NCBI GenBank assembly: GCA_977018835.1
Contig: OZ361258.1
Coordinates: forward strand, 2,666,001-2,730,000
Source: Minutocellus sp. GHC0000111
Lineage: Eukaryota
Direction of reading: 5' to 3'
DNA length: 64,000 nucleotides
Shown one piece after another: positions 41,799-52,070 of the stretch (positions are counted from its first letter, which is position 1; each line of letters starts with the position of its first letter). The notes under the pieces are model-generated. The model saw only the letters and a list, made by a program, of their open reading frames with translations, was not told the DNA's origin and ran no database searches. The position numbers were made by a program, and so were the translations under genes.

Positions 41799-43841
41799 AT
41801 GACCAACACTGACGATGAGGGCCATTCTTCAGCCACAGCCACAGCCTCTGCGCTCATTGTGTCGGCGGCCGACAAGGCAGGAATGGAGGGTGTTGATCGG
41901 GCCAAAATCGACGCCATCATTCTCCGCGAATCGGGCAATTCCAATTTCATGAAGCAGCAACGCAAACGGGATGCTGCCGTGGATGAGAGGATAGCCAAGA
42001 TGCAAAGACGGTTGGATGAACACAAGGTCGGACCTCATACGTGGGCCGAGGCGGAACGTCGGATGGAGCCCGAGATTGAACGGCTCACGAAGAAACGGAA
42101 ACGTCTGTCAACTTGCGTCGTTGTTGACATGGACGCGTTCTACATGTCGTGTGAGTTACTTTCTCGGCCCGATCTCAACGATAAGCCGGCGGTAGTAGGA
42201 CGGGGAATGGTTCTAACGTCCAACTATGTTGCAAGAAGGTACGGTGTTCGGTCTGCAATGGCTGGGTGGATAGCAGACAAGCTAGTAGAGGAATTGTCCA
42301 ATGGAAAGGAGAAACTCGTCCACGTCCCATCCAACTTTGATCTGTACACAAGCAAAGCGCACGAAGTCCGATCGGTTTTGGCGGAATATGATCCAAAGAT
42401 GCGTGCCTATTCTCTCGACGAAGCGTACTTGGATTTAGAGCCATATCTTGCTCTTCGAATTGGAAAGAAATTGAGTCACGAAGAAGTAGTGGCACTGTTG
42501 ACCAAGGCTGAGCAAACCACGTCTAATGACGATGAGGAAGAACAAGATGAAGATGAAGTTGAAGGAGACAATATCGATGCAAAGCCTGCGGCAAAAGATG
42601 AAGACGCCTCTCTTGAACACCTCAGTCCTGACTTTGTGTTAAAAGCAACGGCAGCTATTGTGGACGAAATGCGAAAGAAGGTTACCAAAGCCACTGGCGG
42701 TCTCACATGTTCCGCTGGACTTGCCAATAATTTCATGTTATCAAAGATTGCGTCAGATCTCAACAAGCCCAACGGCCAGTGTATTGTTGGACCTTCAAAC
42801 AAGGAGGTCCTTGCTTTTATTCGACCAATGAAGGTTCGAAAAGTCGGCGGTATCGGACGCGTTACGGAAAAGATCTTGAATGCTTTTGAGATTCGAACCG
42901 TAGAGGAACTGTACGACAAAAGGGCTTTGGTTCAATTCATATTTGACGGACAAGCCACGGCTAATTTTTTGTTGCAGCGGTCAATTGGGTGGTCCAATTC
43001 TGATTCCAATAGCAAAGACGACGAAGAGGAGTCATCGTTGGGACAAAAAGGCATCAGCAAGGAACGGACATTCCGTGCGGGGCGAACATGGGGTGAAGTG
43101 AATGCCAAACTTGAGGAAATTGCTGAGAAATTATCTGAAGCCATGAAGAGGAAGAAATTATTTGCACACACGATCACTCTCAAAGTCAAGCTCTCAACCT
43201 TTGACGTATTATCAAGAGCAAAAAGCATGGCGCGGGGAGTGTACATTCAATCCGCTCAGGATATGATCCCTATTGCGTCCAAAATACTCTCCGATTTGAA
43301 GAATGAACACAAGGGTCTCTTTAGCGTTCGCTTATTGGGGATTCGGTGCAGCAATTTTAGAGAGGAGTCCGATTCTCGTCAAAAACAACTCGACACATTT
43401 CTGGTCAAGAAGCAGGCCGATTCATCGGATGCTCGGCCAACCTCTACTGATGCTGTATGTTCGCCAAAGAAGCCAGAGGATCAAGAAGGGATGACGAATG
43501 AGAAGCAAGATCGAAAGTTGATAGTATCCCCTTACCGAAAGGGAATCATTGGCAACAAATCGAGTCCTCATGCTCGGGGAAACGTTTCGTCCCCTGGACC
43601 TTCGACGCCCATAGCCGTAGCTGCTGTATCCGATCCCGCTGACTCTTCGTCAGTTGAAACAGTATGTCCAATATGCTCAAAGACCGTCGCGGGAGACAAC
43701 AATGATCTAAATCGACACGTCGATGCGTGCCTGAATGCCGGCACAGTTGCCGAGCTCGTCGAGCAGTCGAATGCAGAAGCCGATGAAAGGTCAAGCAAGA
43801 AGCGCCGGGTTCTCAAGGATTTCTTCGCCAGCAGTAAGTAA
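41799..43841 (+). CDS. POLK: DNA polymerase kappa, copy 2
   Basis: Identical translation to copy 1. Confidence 0.95.
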   Translation: MTNTDDEGHSSATATASALIVSAADKAGMEGVDRAKIDAIILRESGNSNFMKQQRKRDAAVDERIAKMQRRLDEHKVGPHTWAEAERRMEPEIERLTKKRKRLSTCVVVDMDAFYMSCELLSRPDLNDKPAVVGRGMVLTSNYVARRYGVRSAMAGWIADKLVEELSNGKEKLVHVPSNFDLYTSKAHEVRSVLAEYDPKMRAYSLDEAYLDLEPYLALRIGKKLSHEEVVALLTKAEQTTSNDDEEEQDEDEVEGDNIDAKPAAKDEDASLEHLSPDFVLKATAAIVDEMRKKVTKATGGLTCSAGLANNFMLSKIASDLNKPNGQCIVGPSNKEVLAFIRPMKVRKVGGIGRVTEKILNAFEIRTVEELYDKRALVQFIFDGQATANFLLQRSIGWSNSDSNSKDDEEESSLGQKGISKERTFRAGRTWGEVNAKLEEIAEKLSEAMKRKKLFAHTITLKVKLSTFDVLSRAKSMARGVYIQSAQDMIPIASKILSDLKNEHKGLFSVRLLGIRCSNFREESDSRQKQLDTFLVKKQADSSDARPTSTDAVCSPKKPEDQEGMTNEKQDRKLIVSPYRKGIIGNKSSPHARGNVSSPGPSTPIAVAAVSDPADSSSVETVCPICSKTVAGDNNDLNRHVDACLNAGTVAELVEQSNAEADERSSKKRRVLKDFFASSK

Positions 43842-44026
43842 TCAAACTGCAGCTAGCTGAGGCAGACAATACGATAGAATCTACAAGATATTTGCATAGT
43901 AGATAACCGTTCATACGTATAACAATATTTTGCATGACAAGCTCCCAATAATATGTAGTATAGATCTAGCCGACGAAGCGAGGAGAGGTCCTGAATGGAT
44001 GTTTATTTCTTTACCAAATATTGACA

Positions 44027-45904
44027 TCATGCCTCTTCGTTGTCATAATATTCATCGTAGCTGTACTCATCGTACGCATCGTAATCATCTTCATCTTCAA
44101 GTGCATCGTCATCCTCAGCATTTGCTTCGTCCTCCTTGTCGTCGGCAGGAGCATCCTCCTTTTCTTCATCGGCCTCGGCCTCAGCTTCCTTCTCCTCTTC
44201 TATCGGGGCCTCTTCTTCCTCCTCGTCACCACCCTGCAGTCCCTTCTGCAACAGCTCACCCGAGACCGACGCCCCCATTCTCGATGGCAAGAACATACCA
44301 AACGCATCGAGCTCCGGAGTCGTCCTCTTCATCAAACCCTTGGTCTGGGGCAAAAGCTCCTCCGAGTAGAACTGACACCACTTCTTGACAATGGCGGGGT
44401 CGGCACCCTTGGAATCCTTTCCACCCTTGAGGGCGCGGTTGAGAGCCACCGCAGTGGCGGTCGTCAGGCCAATGAGATCGGAAACCACCCGCTCCACGCA
44501 CATGGCCGTCGATTCGCAAACCTCACCGTCCTTCAGAGCACAGGCACATCCGGCCTTGAGGATCATCTGCGCCGCCTCGAGGTGCTCGGTGCGAAGAGCT
44601 GTGGCAGTGATGGGCTTCGCCGCGGCCTTGGACGAGCGGGACGATCGCGAGGAGGGACCAGGACCGGCACTCTCCTGAGAGATTTCATTGAACATGCCGC
44701 CGAAGCACTGAGCACGGAGCAACACGTAGTGCGCATAGCGCGACATGTAGTCCGCGAAGGGCTTGACCTCGGGCGACGCGTCGGAGGGGATGAGGGTCTT
44801 GGAGTTGAAGTACTTCTCCCCCTTCCTCTTGGGGTCGCGGGTCCGGCGCAATTCGCGCAGGCGGGCCTTGAGGGCGGCCTGATGGTCGGGCGCGCCGTCG
44901 GCCGAGAAGCGGTGGAGGATGTACAGCGACTTGAGGGTGGTGCGCCAATCCTTCTCGGCCATCTTGCTCCAGAGCTTGCGCAACACGGCGTCGTAGATGT
45001 CGTACCGGCCGGAGATCTGGTAGGTGACGCCGACGAGACGCTCGACGTGCTTGCCCTTGACGGGCTCGTCGTTGGGCTTGGTCGCCTTGAGCATGACCTG
45101 TTCGAGCTCGGACGAGGTGAGGCCCTTGACCTCGCGGTAGATGTTGGACGAGAGCTTGGTGGTGGTCTCCCTGGCGGCCGTTACGGAGGATACGGCGGCG
45201 TTCTTTACGGTTTCAACGTCGGGCACGCGATCGCGGATGGCCGCCAAGCCCCGCGTGAACGCCGAGGGTTGCTGCTGCCGCCGACCGTACGGGACGACCG
45301 ATCCGCGACCACGGGGAGGACCACGGCCACCGGGACGTCCACCGCGGGGAGGACCGCGACCTCCACGAGACGGCGGACCAGCACGGCGTCCCCGCGGCCG
45401 GTAGTCGTCCTCGTAGGCATCGTAGTCGTCCTCGTAGTCGTCGTAGCGAGACTTGCCGCCGCGCGAGGGAGGAGCAGAGGGACCGCCGCGACGTCCGCCT
45501 CTTCCACCGCGCGCCGGGGGAGGTCCACGCTTGCTCGAGGGACGGCGGGACTGAGCCACGGGCCGCTCGTCGTATTCGTCCTCGTACGCCGCATCGGAAT
45601 CGTCCGCATCGCTCACATCGTCATCGGGAAAGCCAAAGGGAAGCTCCTCCTCGTTGTCGTCATCGGCGGGATCGTCGTACCCATCGTCGTACGATGCTGC
45701 TGCTGCTCTTTGGCTGGTGCGCGCCTTGGACTGCGGAGGAGGCCCCCTGCTGCGACTACCGCCACCGCCACCACCAGATCTGCGAGGCGCAGCACCAGAC
45801 GATCGACTCGGTCGCTTGGCAGCCTCGGCAAAGGGGGAGGATCCACCGCTGATGGATGACACTACCAGCAGGGCAAGGACCGAGGTTGCAATTGTGATCC
45901 TCAT
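44027..45904 (-). CDS. ANTH/ENTH-domain protein with signal peptide, RGG/acidic disordered N-region and acidic tail
   Basis: MRITIATSVLALLVVSSISGG leader; LKATKPNDEPVKGKH...KDWRTTLKSLYILHRFSADG is ANTH-like. Confidence 0.8.
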   Translation of the reverse strand: MRITIATSVLALLVVSSISGGSSPFAEAAKRPSRSSGAAPRRSGGGGGGSRSRGPPPQSKARTSQRAAAASYDDGYDDPADDDNEEELPFGFPDDDVSDADDSDAAYEDEYDERPVAQSRRPSSKRGPPPARGGRGGRRGGPSAPPSRGGKSRYDDYEDDYDAYEDDYRPRGRRAGPPSRGGRGPPRGGRPGGRGPPRGRGSVVPYGRRQQQPSAFTRGLAAIRDRVPDVETVKNAAVSSVTAARETTTKLSSNIYREVKGLTSSELEQVMLKATKPNDEPVKGKHVERLVGVTYQISGRYDIYDAVLRKLWSKMAEKDWRTTLKSLYILHRFSADGAPDHQAALKARLRELRRTRDPKRKGEKYFNSKTLIPSDASPEVKPFADYMSRYAHYVLLRAQCFGGMFNEISQESAGPGPSSRSSRSSKAAAKPITATALRTEHLEAAQMILKAGCACALKDGEVCESTAMCVERVVSDLIGLTTATAVALNRALKGGKDSKGADPAIVKKWCQFYSEELLPQTKGLMKRTTPELDAFGMFLPSRMGASVSGELLQKGLQGGDEEEEEAPIEEEKEAEAEADEEKEDAPADDKEDEANAEDDDALEDEDDYDAYDEYSYDEYYDNEEA

Positions 45905-46407
45905 ATTGCCTTGCTTCTTTGTATTGTGCTGGAAATTAGTATCGAATGTCCAAAATCAATACACACGATATGCTGCTTGGATATCACTAGGGGTATACTG
46001 AGAACAATCACGCGACTACGTGGAGCCTGCCCTCTGACTTCGAGGTTGTGATTCGAGGAGATGATGGCGGCCGATGGCGTGCTCGAACCTCCAGATGGCG
46101 GCGGCGGCGCACTTCAACTTCGTGCGTTTTGCAGGAGCAAACGGACGATGGCCAGACATTATTAGTGAAGGCAAGGGAAGACACTCCTCAACCGAATTTT
46201 CCGCTTTAAGTAGCCTCAACTCTTAAATTAGAGGAGTAATTAACATCAGGTCTGCCCTTCGTCAGTCACAGCGGGTCAGATGGCGCCAAAACCGCCCAAA
46301 ATCGAATAATCGAATCGAACAAGCAAGGGCAACCAAAGGCATCGCCTCTCGGTTAGCTGAAGTAGTTTAATCAGACGAAGAAACACGCAAAGTCAACAGC
46401 ACAAACA

Positions 46408-46968
46408 ATGACCGACTCCGCCGCAGCCGAACATCCCGAACGAACCAGGCCCAACATCCTCATCACCGGTACACCTGGGGTTGGCAAGACCGCGACAGCT
46501 TCTCTCATGGCTCGGTTGGGGTTTCAGCACATTTGCGTCGGTGATTTGGTCAAGCAGCACAAATTTTACGAGGGCAAGGACGAGAAGTTCGATTCCATGA
46601 TCCTCGACGAGGATCGGCTCCTCGATCACATGGAGCAAATGTTGGCCGATGCCGCCGAGGAGGAACGGGGGGTGGTGGTGGATTATCACGGGTGCGACTT
46701 CTTCCCCGAGCGGTGGTTCGATCTGGTCCTGGTGCTGCGGGCCAAGACGGATGTACTGTACGATCGGCTGGTGCAGAGAGGATATTCGGAAACGAAGCGC
46801 AACGAAAACATGGAATGCGAAATCATGCAGATTGTTCTCGATGAGGCCAAGGACAGTTATGCCCAGGAGATTGTGCACGAGGTTCAGTCCAATACGTTGG
46901 ACGATATGGAGGGCAATGTTACCAGAGTGGAGCAGTGGGTGCAACAGTGGATCAAGGATAATGAATAA
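46408..46968 (+). CDS. AK6: Adenylate kinase 6 (Fap7/CINAP)
   Basis: PNILITGTPGVGKT, VVDYHGCDFFPERWFDLVLVLR, ENMECEI. Confidence 0.95.
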   Translation: MTDSAAAEHPERTRPNILITGTPGVGKTATASLMARLGFQHICVGDLVKQHKFYEGKDEKFDSMILDEDRLLDHMEQMLADAAEEERGVVVDYHGCDFFPERWFDLVLVLRAKTDVLYDRLVQRGYSETKRNENMECEIMQIVLDEAKDSYAQEIVHEVQSNTLDDMEGNVTRVEQWVQQWIKDNE

Positions 46969-47227
46969 GTAATGGATGGTTCGAAAAAAAATGACGAGCT
47001 AGCTACGTCGTTACTCCGTGCCTTCTACCTACTATAGAGGCATGGGTGGATACATGTAAGTTAATTTTAGACGTGACTTTCAACTCTGAGTTGTATCAAA
47101 TTTCTGGAGAATGTGTTCCTGAAGAAAGACTCAAATTGCAGTATGCCGTGTTCCTATCTATTCTTCTTTATTGTTATCTACATATTTTAGAGTGCCTAGC
47201 TACGTAGTGTCTGCACATCATAGAAAA

Positions 47228-50002
47228 TTATTCAAAGTCCTTGACGAGGGGGAAGCGTTCCTTGACAGCGGCAATCCACTTGGTCTTGGCCGCTGAAGCC
47301 TCGTCGCCGAACTCCTTCAAGCAGGCAAGTGCCGCCTTGGCAGTTTCCACGGACACTCCACGTCCATCGATACCTTGATCGACGATCAAATTGGCCGCGT
47401 CGCTTGTAGAGCCACTCTTTGTCTTGACAATTGCCTTGGCAATCGCAATCCTCAGTGTCAGATTGGTCGATGCATCGCTCTCGGCGCCCGCAGCTGCGTC
47501 TTGGACATATTGCGAGAGTTCCTTGCCATCGTACAGATTTGGCAATTCGCCCTGGATAATTTCCTGAACGGCATCATGACTATCATCCTCTGGACTGGCC
47601 TTGTCGGCAAAATCTACAATGCGAGTGAAGAGCTCGCCATTCTTGGGGTCAAGGGCCCGTCCCTTGAAGAGCGCCTGCATAGCCAAAAGAGTCTTCTTTC
47701 GTCGGATCGCTACGTCGTACTGCAAAAGCCACGTCGACAAACGGAACGGTGCGTGCCTCGAAAGGATTGCGCTGAACTTTTTGGCTTCTTCCAATGGGTC
47801 TTGTTTCAATAAGGCTTCCCCGTTGGGATCCTCATCAACGGCCGCCGGCTTGGTACCCTTCTTCTGATTCGCCTTGGCCGCAGCTTCGGCAGCCGCCATT
47901 TCTTCCTCCTTCTTCTTTTCGGCGGCTTTTTTCTTCTTCCGAGCAATAGCCTTGGCCTTCTTGCGCTCTGCAGCAGTCATGGCAGAATAGTCTGGCTCCT
48001 CGTCTTCCTTCGTGAGGCTTGGGTTGTCGTACAGATGAATGTAGAGACGGCTCATGCCTTCTGCGGCTCTGGCAAAATTGTCGAGACCCCAGAGCTCGTC
48101 TTCGAATCGAAGGACGTCAGCGTAAGCACGGAGAGTGCCCTTGCGAATGCAATACGAATGAAAGTCGAACTGATCTTCGTGCCAGTCTTCGAAGTGCTTG
48201 ACGACAGAAGTAAAATTCTTGAGACTCTTTCCCCATTCACTCTTTCTTCTCAAACACTCGGCGAGTTCAAGTTCGTACCACGAACACTGCATATCCGACA
48301 ACATCTGCTCGGGGTTGCCTTCATGCTTGACAAAGAGCGCAATTCTTTCCAGGGCTACATCTTCCTTGTTCGCCTGCAGCATATACTTGGTCGTCTGGTT
48401 GTTGATATAGCGATCTTGTTTGTCAAGATCACGTCCAGCATCCAGGCACTCAGCTGCGGCCTCGATATCACCAGATGCCTTGAGAATCTGGCCCTTGAGC
48501 TCGTACAGATCGACACCGGTAGGCGTATGCTCGATGCATTTGTCAACCATGGCAAGCCCTGCAGAATACTCGCCGCAAATCTCGTGCAGATAGGCCCTCA
48601 AGTACCACGCCCACATTATGGTTGACGGCGACTCGCTGCTCTCGCCATTGGGAAACTTGGACTCGGAGGAGAGCGATGTAATATAGGATTCGACGAGATT
48701 GGTAATCATAGCGGTAGTGGGATGGGCCCTCACATCGCTAGGGTCGGTGGCTGGTGCATACTTTCCATCCTCTTCAACGAGGAGAAGAGCACTGAGATCA
48801 CAGCCCAGGGAGGGCACGCCCTTCGAGAGTCCCTTCCGACAGTATACATTGATAGCAGCCTTCAGTTCCTCTCCCTCAAGAAGAGTAAGCGGTATCCTTC
48901 GAACGGCAGCGGACCTAGGGAAGCGCTCAGCGAGACTTCCCTGGTAGATATTCAGCAATGCCTGCCGTTGGTCGCCTGTCAATGGTTTCATCGTTGCCAA
49001 CGTTCTCGTGCCCTTCAGCTTTGCTGCTGCCTGGCAAGTTTCGTCGTCGGCCTCAAGAAGTGCGCACATGTATCCCGAATGGACTCGGTAGTCCTCCGTA
49101 AGGCCACGTTTCAGCAGAGACATGAACGTTTGTTGCGCATCTTCATATCGACCAAGTCGCAACTGATACGTTCCTTTGGTCATCAGCCACGCCGTCTCAT
49201 CCACAACGACCTTCTTGCACTCATCGAGATGATCCAAAGCTACCTGCAAATTGTCGGGCATCTCAGATAGCAAGCGATTCTTGTACATGGCAAGTTCGCT
49301 GCTCTCATATCCGCGCTTCAATTCATCAGAATCTTCGGGAACCGTCCCAATGTAAATGTCAATCACAGACACCGAACCCCCCAGATCACCATTCATGTGC
49401 TTGGCAACCGCGTACGTGAGCCAGTTGATCTTTTGGTTGGACTTCAGAGTCAGGATGGTGTTGCGCGTCTTGAGGAAGCCGGAAAGATCCCGCATTTGCA
49501 CTTGAAGGAGGGACAGGTCACGAAGAATCTGAAGATTCTCAGAATCAATCCGGAGCGCCTGCTTGTAGGCCTTGATGGACTCGTTGTACTCGCGATCGGC
49601 ACGGTGGAGCAAGCCATACACGTGCCAGCAGACGTGAGATCTGTTTTGGTTGGAGAAGAGAGAGAGAGATTGGTGAGTGAAATAGAATTCATAGCAAGGT
49701 GCTCATAATGAAGAGCGTATATCGCTTCGAAATAGTTTGGCTTACCTCATATCTTGCATAAGTCCCTGCTTGACGAGGACGACGGCCTCATCCTTCTTGC
49801 CCATGCACTGCAGGGTGAGGCCCTTCATGCAAAGCGTTTCGCCATGGTTGGGAAATTTTTTGAGGATGTTATCGGCGGCCTTGATTCCCTTCTTGTAATG
49901 CTTGGTCTCATAATGCTTGACGACCGACTTGAAGAGATCCTGCTCCTTCTTGGGGAGCGGCTGGCCCTTGCCGGCCTGGGGATTGTCCTTGGCGGAGCTC
50001 AT
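47228..50002 (-). CDS. NAA15: NatA auxiliary subunit; exons 50002-49746 and 49640-47228
   Basis: HYETKHYKKGIK, HGETLCMKGL, R|SHVCWHVYGL across GT-AG intron 49745-49641, DQFDFHSYCIRK, DEDPNG. Confidence 0.95.
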
Positions 50003-50382
50003 CGGCGGATTCGGTTGGTGGGGGCGGGAAGCAGGAGCGAAGAAACTTCGTGCTACGTGCGATTTGTCAGTTCTGAAAGCCGACGCGAGCTAGAACCAGC
50101 TTCGAGACCAACCAACTACTTGGCGATGAAAGGAAAAGCGCAAGAGAGCGAGGTGGCTCTGTGTGAGAGATACACCTATTTCAGTCTCTCCAGGCAATGG
50201 CGAGGTCACGCGGGTGATCCTTTCGAGATGGGATCATAACCCATTGGACAAACTCGGCGGGATCAACGGGATCTCAATGAACGGCCGATGCATGCAGGGA
50301 GGGAGCCAGGCCGAGACTGCAAACTGTAGCTGTAAATGTAGTGAACGCTAACGTGCCGCAAGGCGTAACTTGCGAAGCTAAG

Positions 50383-50649
50383 ATGGCACCAACTGCAGCG
50401 ACGAGAGCTCGAGCGCTTTCGCTGTATCGGCAACTGATCCGCTCGGCGAAGCGAATGCCAACGCCCAACCGGCAGAATTATGTGATACGGAAAACACGCA
50501 AGGAATATCGCGACAATATGCATCTGACAGATACAGAGAAGATCGATTTTGCCATTCGATTGGCCGATACCAATTTGGACACGGTGATGGTCCAGGCTGA
50601 GCATTTGACACGATTATTCAACGATCCAAAGTATCAGGACGATGAGTGA
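50383..50649 (+). CDS. LYR-motif protein (Complex1_LYR family)
   Basis: ALSLYRQLIRSAKRMPTPNRQNYV..K.R.EYR. Confidence 0.85.
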   Translation: MAPTAATRARALSLYRQLIRSAKRMPTPNRQNYVIRKTRKEYRDNMHLTDTEKIDFAIRLADTNLDTVMVQAEHLTRLFNDPKYQDDE

Positions 50650-51005
50650 TGAATGAACAAAAAGAAGAGGAAGACCTTCTTGAGTGTTCGTGGTTCGTGG
50701 GGATGCGCATGTATCAGGAGCTTTGGTCGAAGAGTTTTTCCCTACGTAGGTAGTATTATCTTCGGCTGTGGAGAAACAGTGGTCTTCGAGCCAAACTAGT
50801 TCAGCAGCTCTACCCAAAATATCAGGAGAGATGCTCTGATATGACTGTATCCCTCTCGGCAGATGTCTCTATCTTTCAGTGGATGGGATAGATGGCTTTT
50901 TACTTTCGGGGGATTTCTGCTGCTGCTGGATATAGTAGGGCCGTGGTTAATACGTACATGCCTAACTAGACCTAGGCACTTGTAAAATACTACAATTTGC
51001 TTCAC

Positions 51006-51752
51006 TTATTGCGGATCCAGCATGCTGTATTTCCTAATATCACTTGCAGACAATATCAAGCCTTTTGCTGGTTCGTCGGAAACGCAATGGACCATGGCTT
51101 TGCTCACGGCATGCACAGGCACCATCGAACCACATTCAGTGCCCACAAATGGAATGGATTGAATGAGAGACGATACCGAACCAAGTTGCGTGGAGACAAA
51201 GCTGATGGGAGCACCAATTTGGTGAAGCGGGAGAGGACCGACAGCGCCGGCCATTCGAGGGCCATATACAAATCCAGGGCGTAAAATGGCATGTGCCTCC
51301 GGAAATGCTTCAGAGATGGCCGCCTCGGCCTTTTCCTTGCCCTTGAAGTAGCCATAGAGAGGAAAGGAGGGAGAGAATTTCATCGACCCGCCCACCTGTG
51401 CTGATGAAACGAATCCAAAACGTCTCACGTTGTGTTTGACGGCGGTATCAACCGCCTCTACAGTGGCATCGCCACATATCTTCTCCATGAAATCATTGCT
51501 CCCGAACGCACCGATTGTGGATACAATTACATCAACTCCTTCAAATACCTCATCTCTCCGTTGAGCATCGAAAATGTCTCCCTCCAGCCATTCGACCTTA
51601 TCCATCATTTCGTTGGCCAGGCAGGGGCCAGGATTGGACGGCTTGCCCGACCTGCTGAGACTTGAAACCGAAAACTTGCCGCTGTCCGATGCAGCACGGC
51701 AAATGTTCTGGCCGACGTAGCCGTTTCCACCGAGGACGAGAAGGCGCTGCAT
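51006..51752 (-). CDS. Atypical SDR / NAD(P)-binding Rossmann protein (Coq11/NDUFA9-like)
   Basis: LLVLGGNGYVGQNIC, SRSG, GYFKGKEKAE, LRPGFVYG. Confidence 0.85.
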   Translation of the reverse strand: MQRLLVLGGNGYVGQNICRAASDSGKFSVSSLSRSGKPSNPGPCLANEMMDKVEWLEGDIFDAQRRDEVFEGVDVIVSTIGAFGSNDFMEKICGDATVEAVDTAVKHNVRRFGFVSSAQVGGSMKFSPSFPLYGYFKGKEKAEAAISEAFPEAHAILRPGFVYGPRMAGAVGPLPLHQIGAPISFVSTQLGSVSSLIQSIPFVGTECGSMVPVHAVSKAMVHCVSDEPAKGLILSASDIRKYSMLDPQ

Positions 51753-52070
51753 TGTTTTTCTATTGTTATTGATGGCTTTGAAAATGAGTGAGTCAGCAGG
51801 CTTTTCTTGCGCGCGCTTACGCTTTTGCAGTTTCTAGGTTTGTCTGTCGCCCGTCATGCCCGCCCGTCGGCTTGTTGAACCTGTGAACCTGATGTGTCTT
51901 CATCACACAAAAGATACGACTGTGCCGTGCGTGCCGAAAGGAAAACATCTGACTGGTGGAAGGGACAACCAAAGGATAGTTTAGATATACTACGTAGTAG
52001 ATTGGCAAAGGCGAGGTGAGGAGTGGAGTACGACCAGCCTACTCTCTAGCTCTAGCTAGAGTACGACATC

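Larger units (their letters stand above)
30623..45198. repeat. Tandem segmental duplication, copy 2
   Basis: Same ORF set as copy 1; one difference noticed (17767 G vs 32343 A). Confidence 0.97.

Noticed and set aside
44021..45859. 612-aa plus-strand ORF (and 29445-30677)
   Set aside because: Antisense shadow of the GC-rich ANTH gene; no motifs
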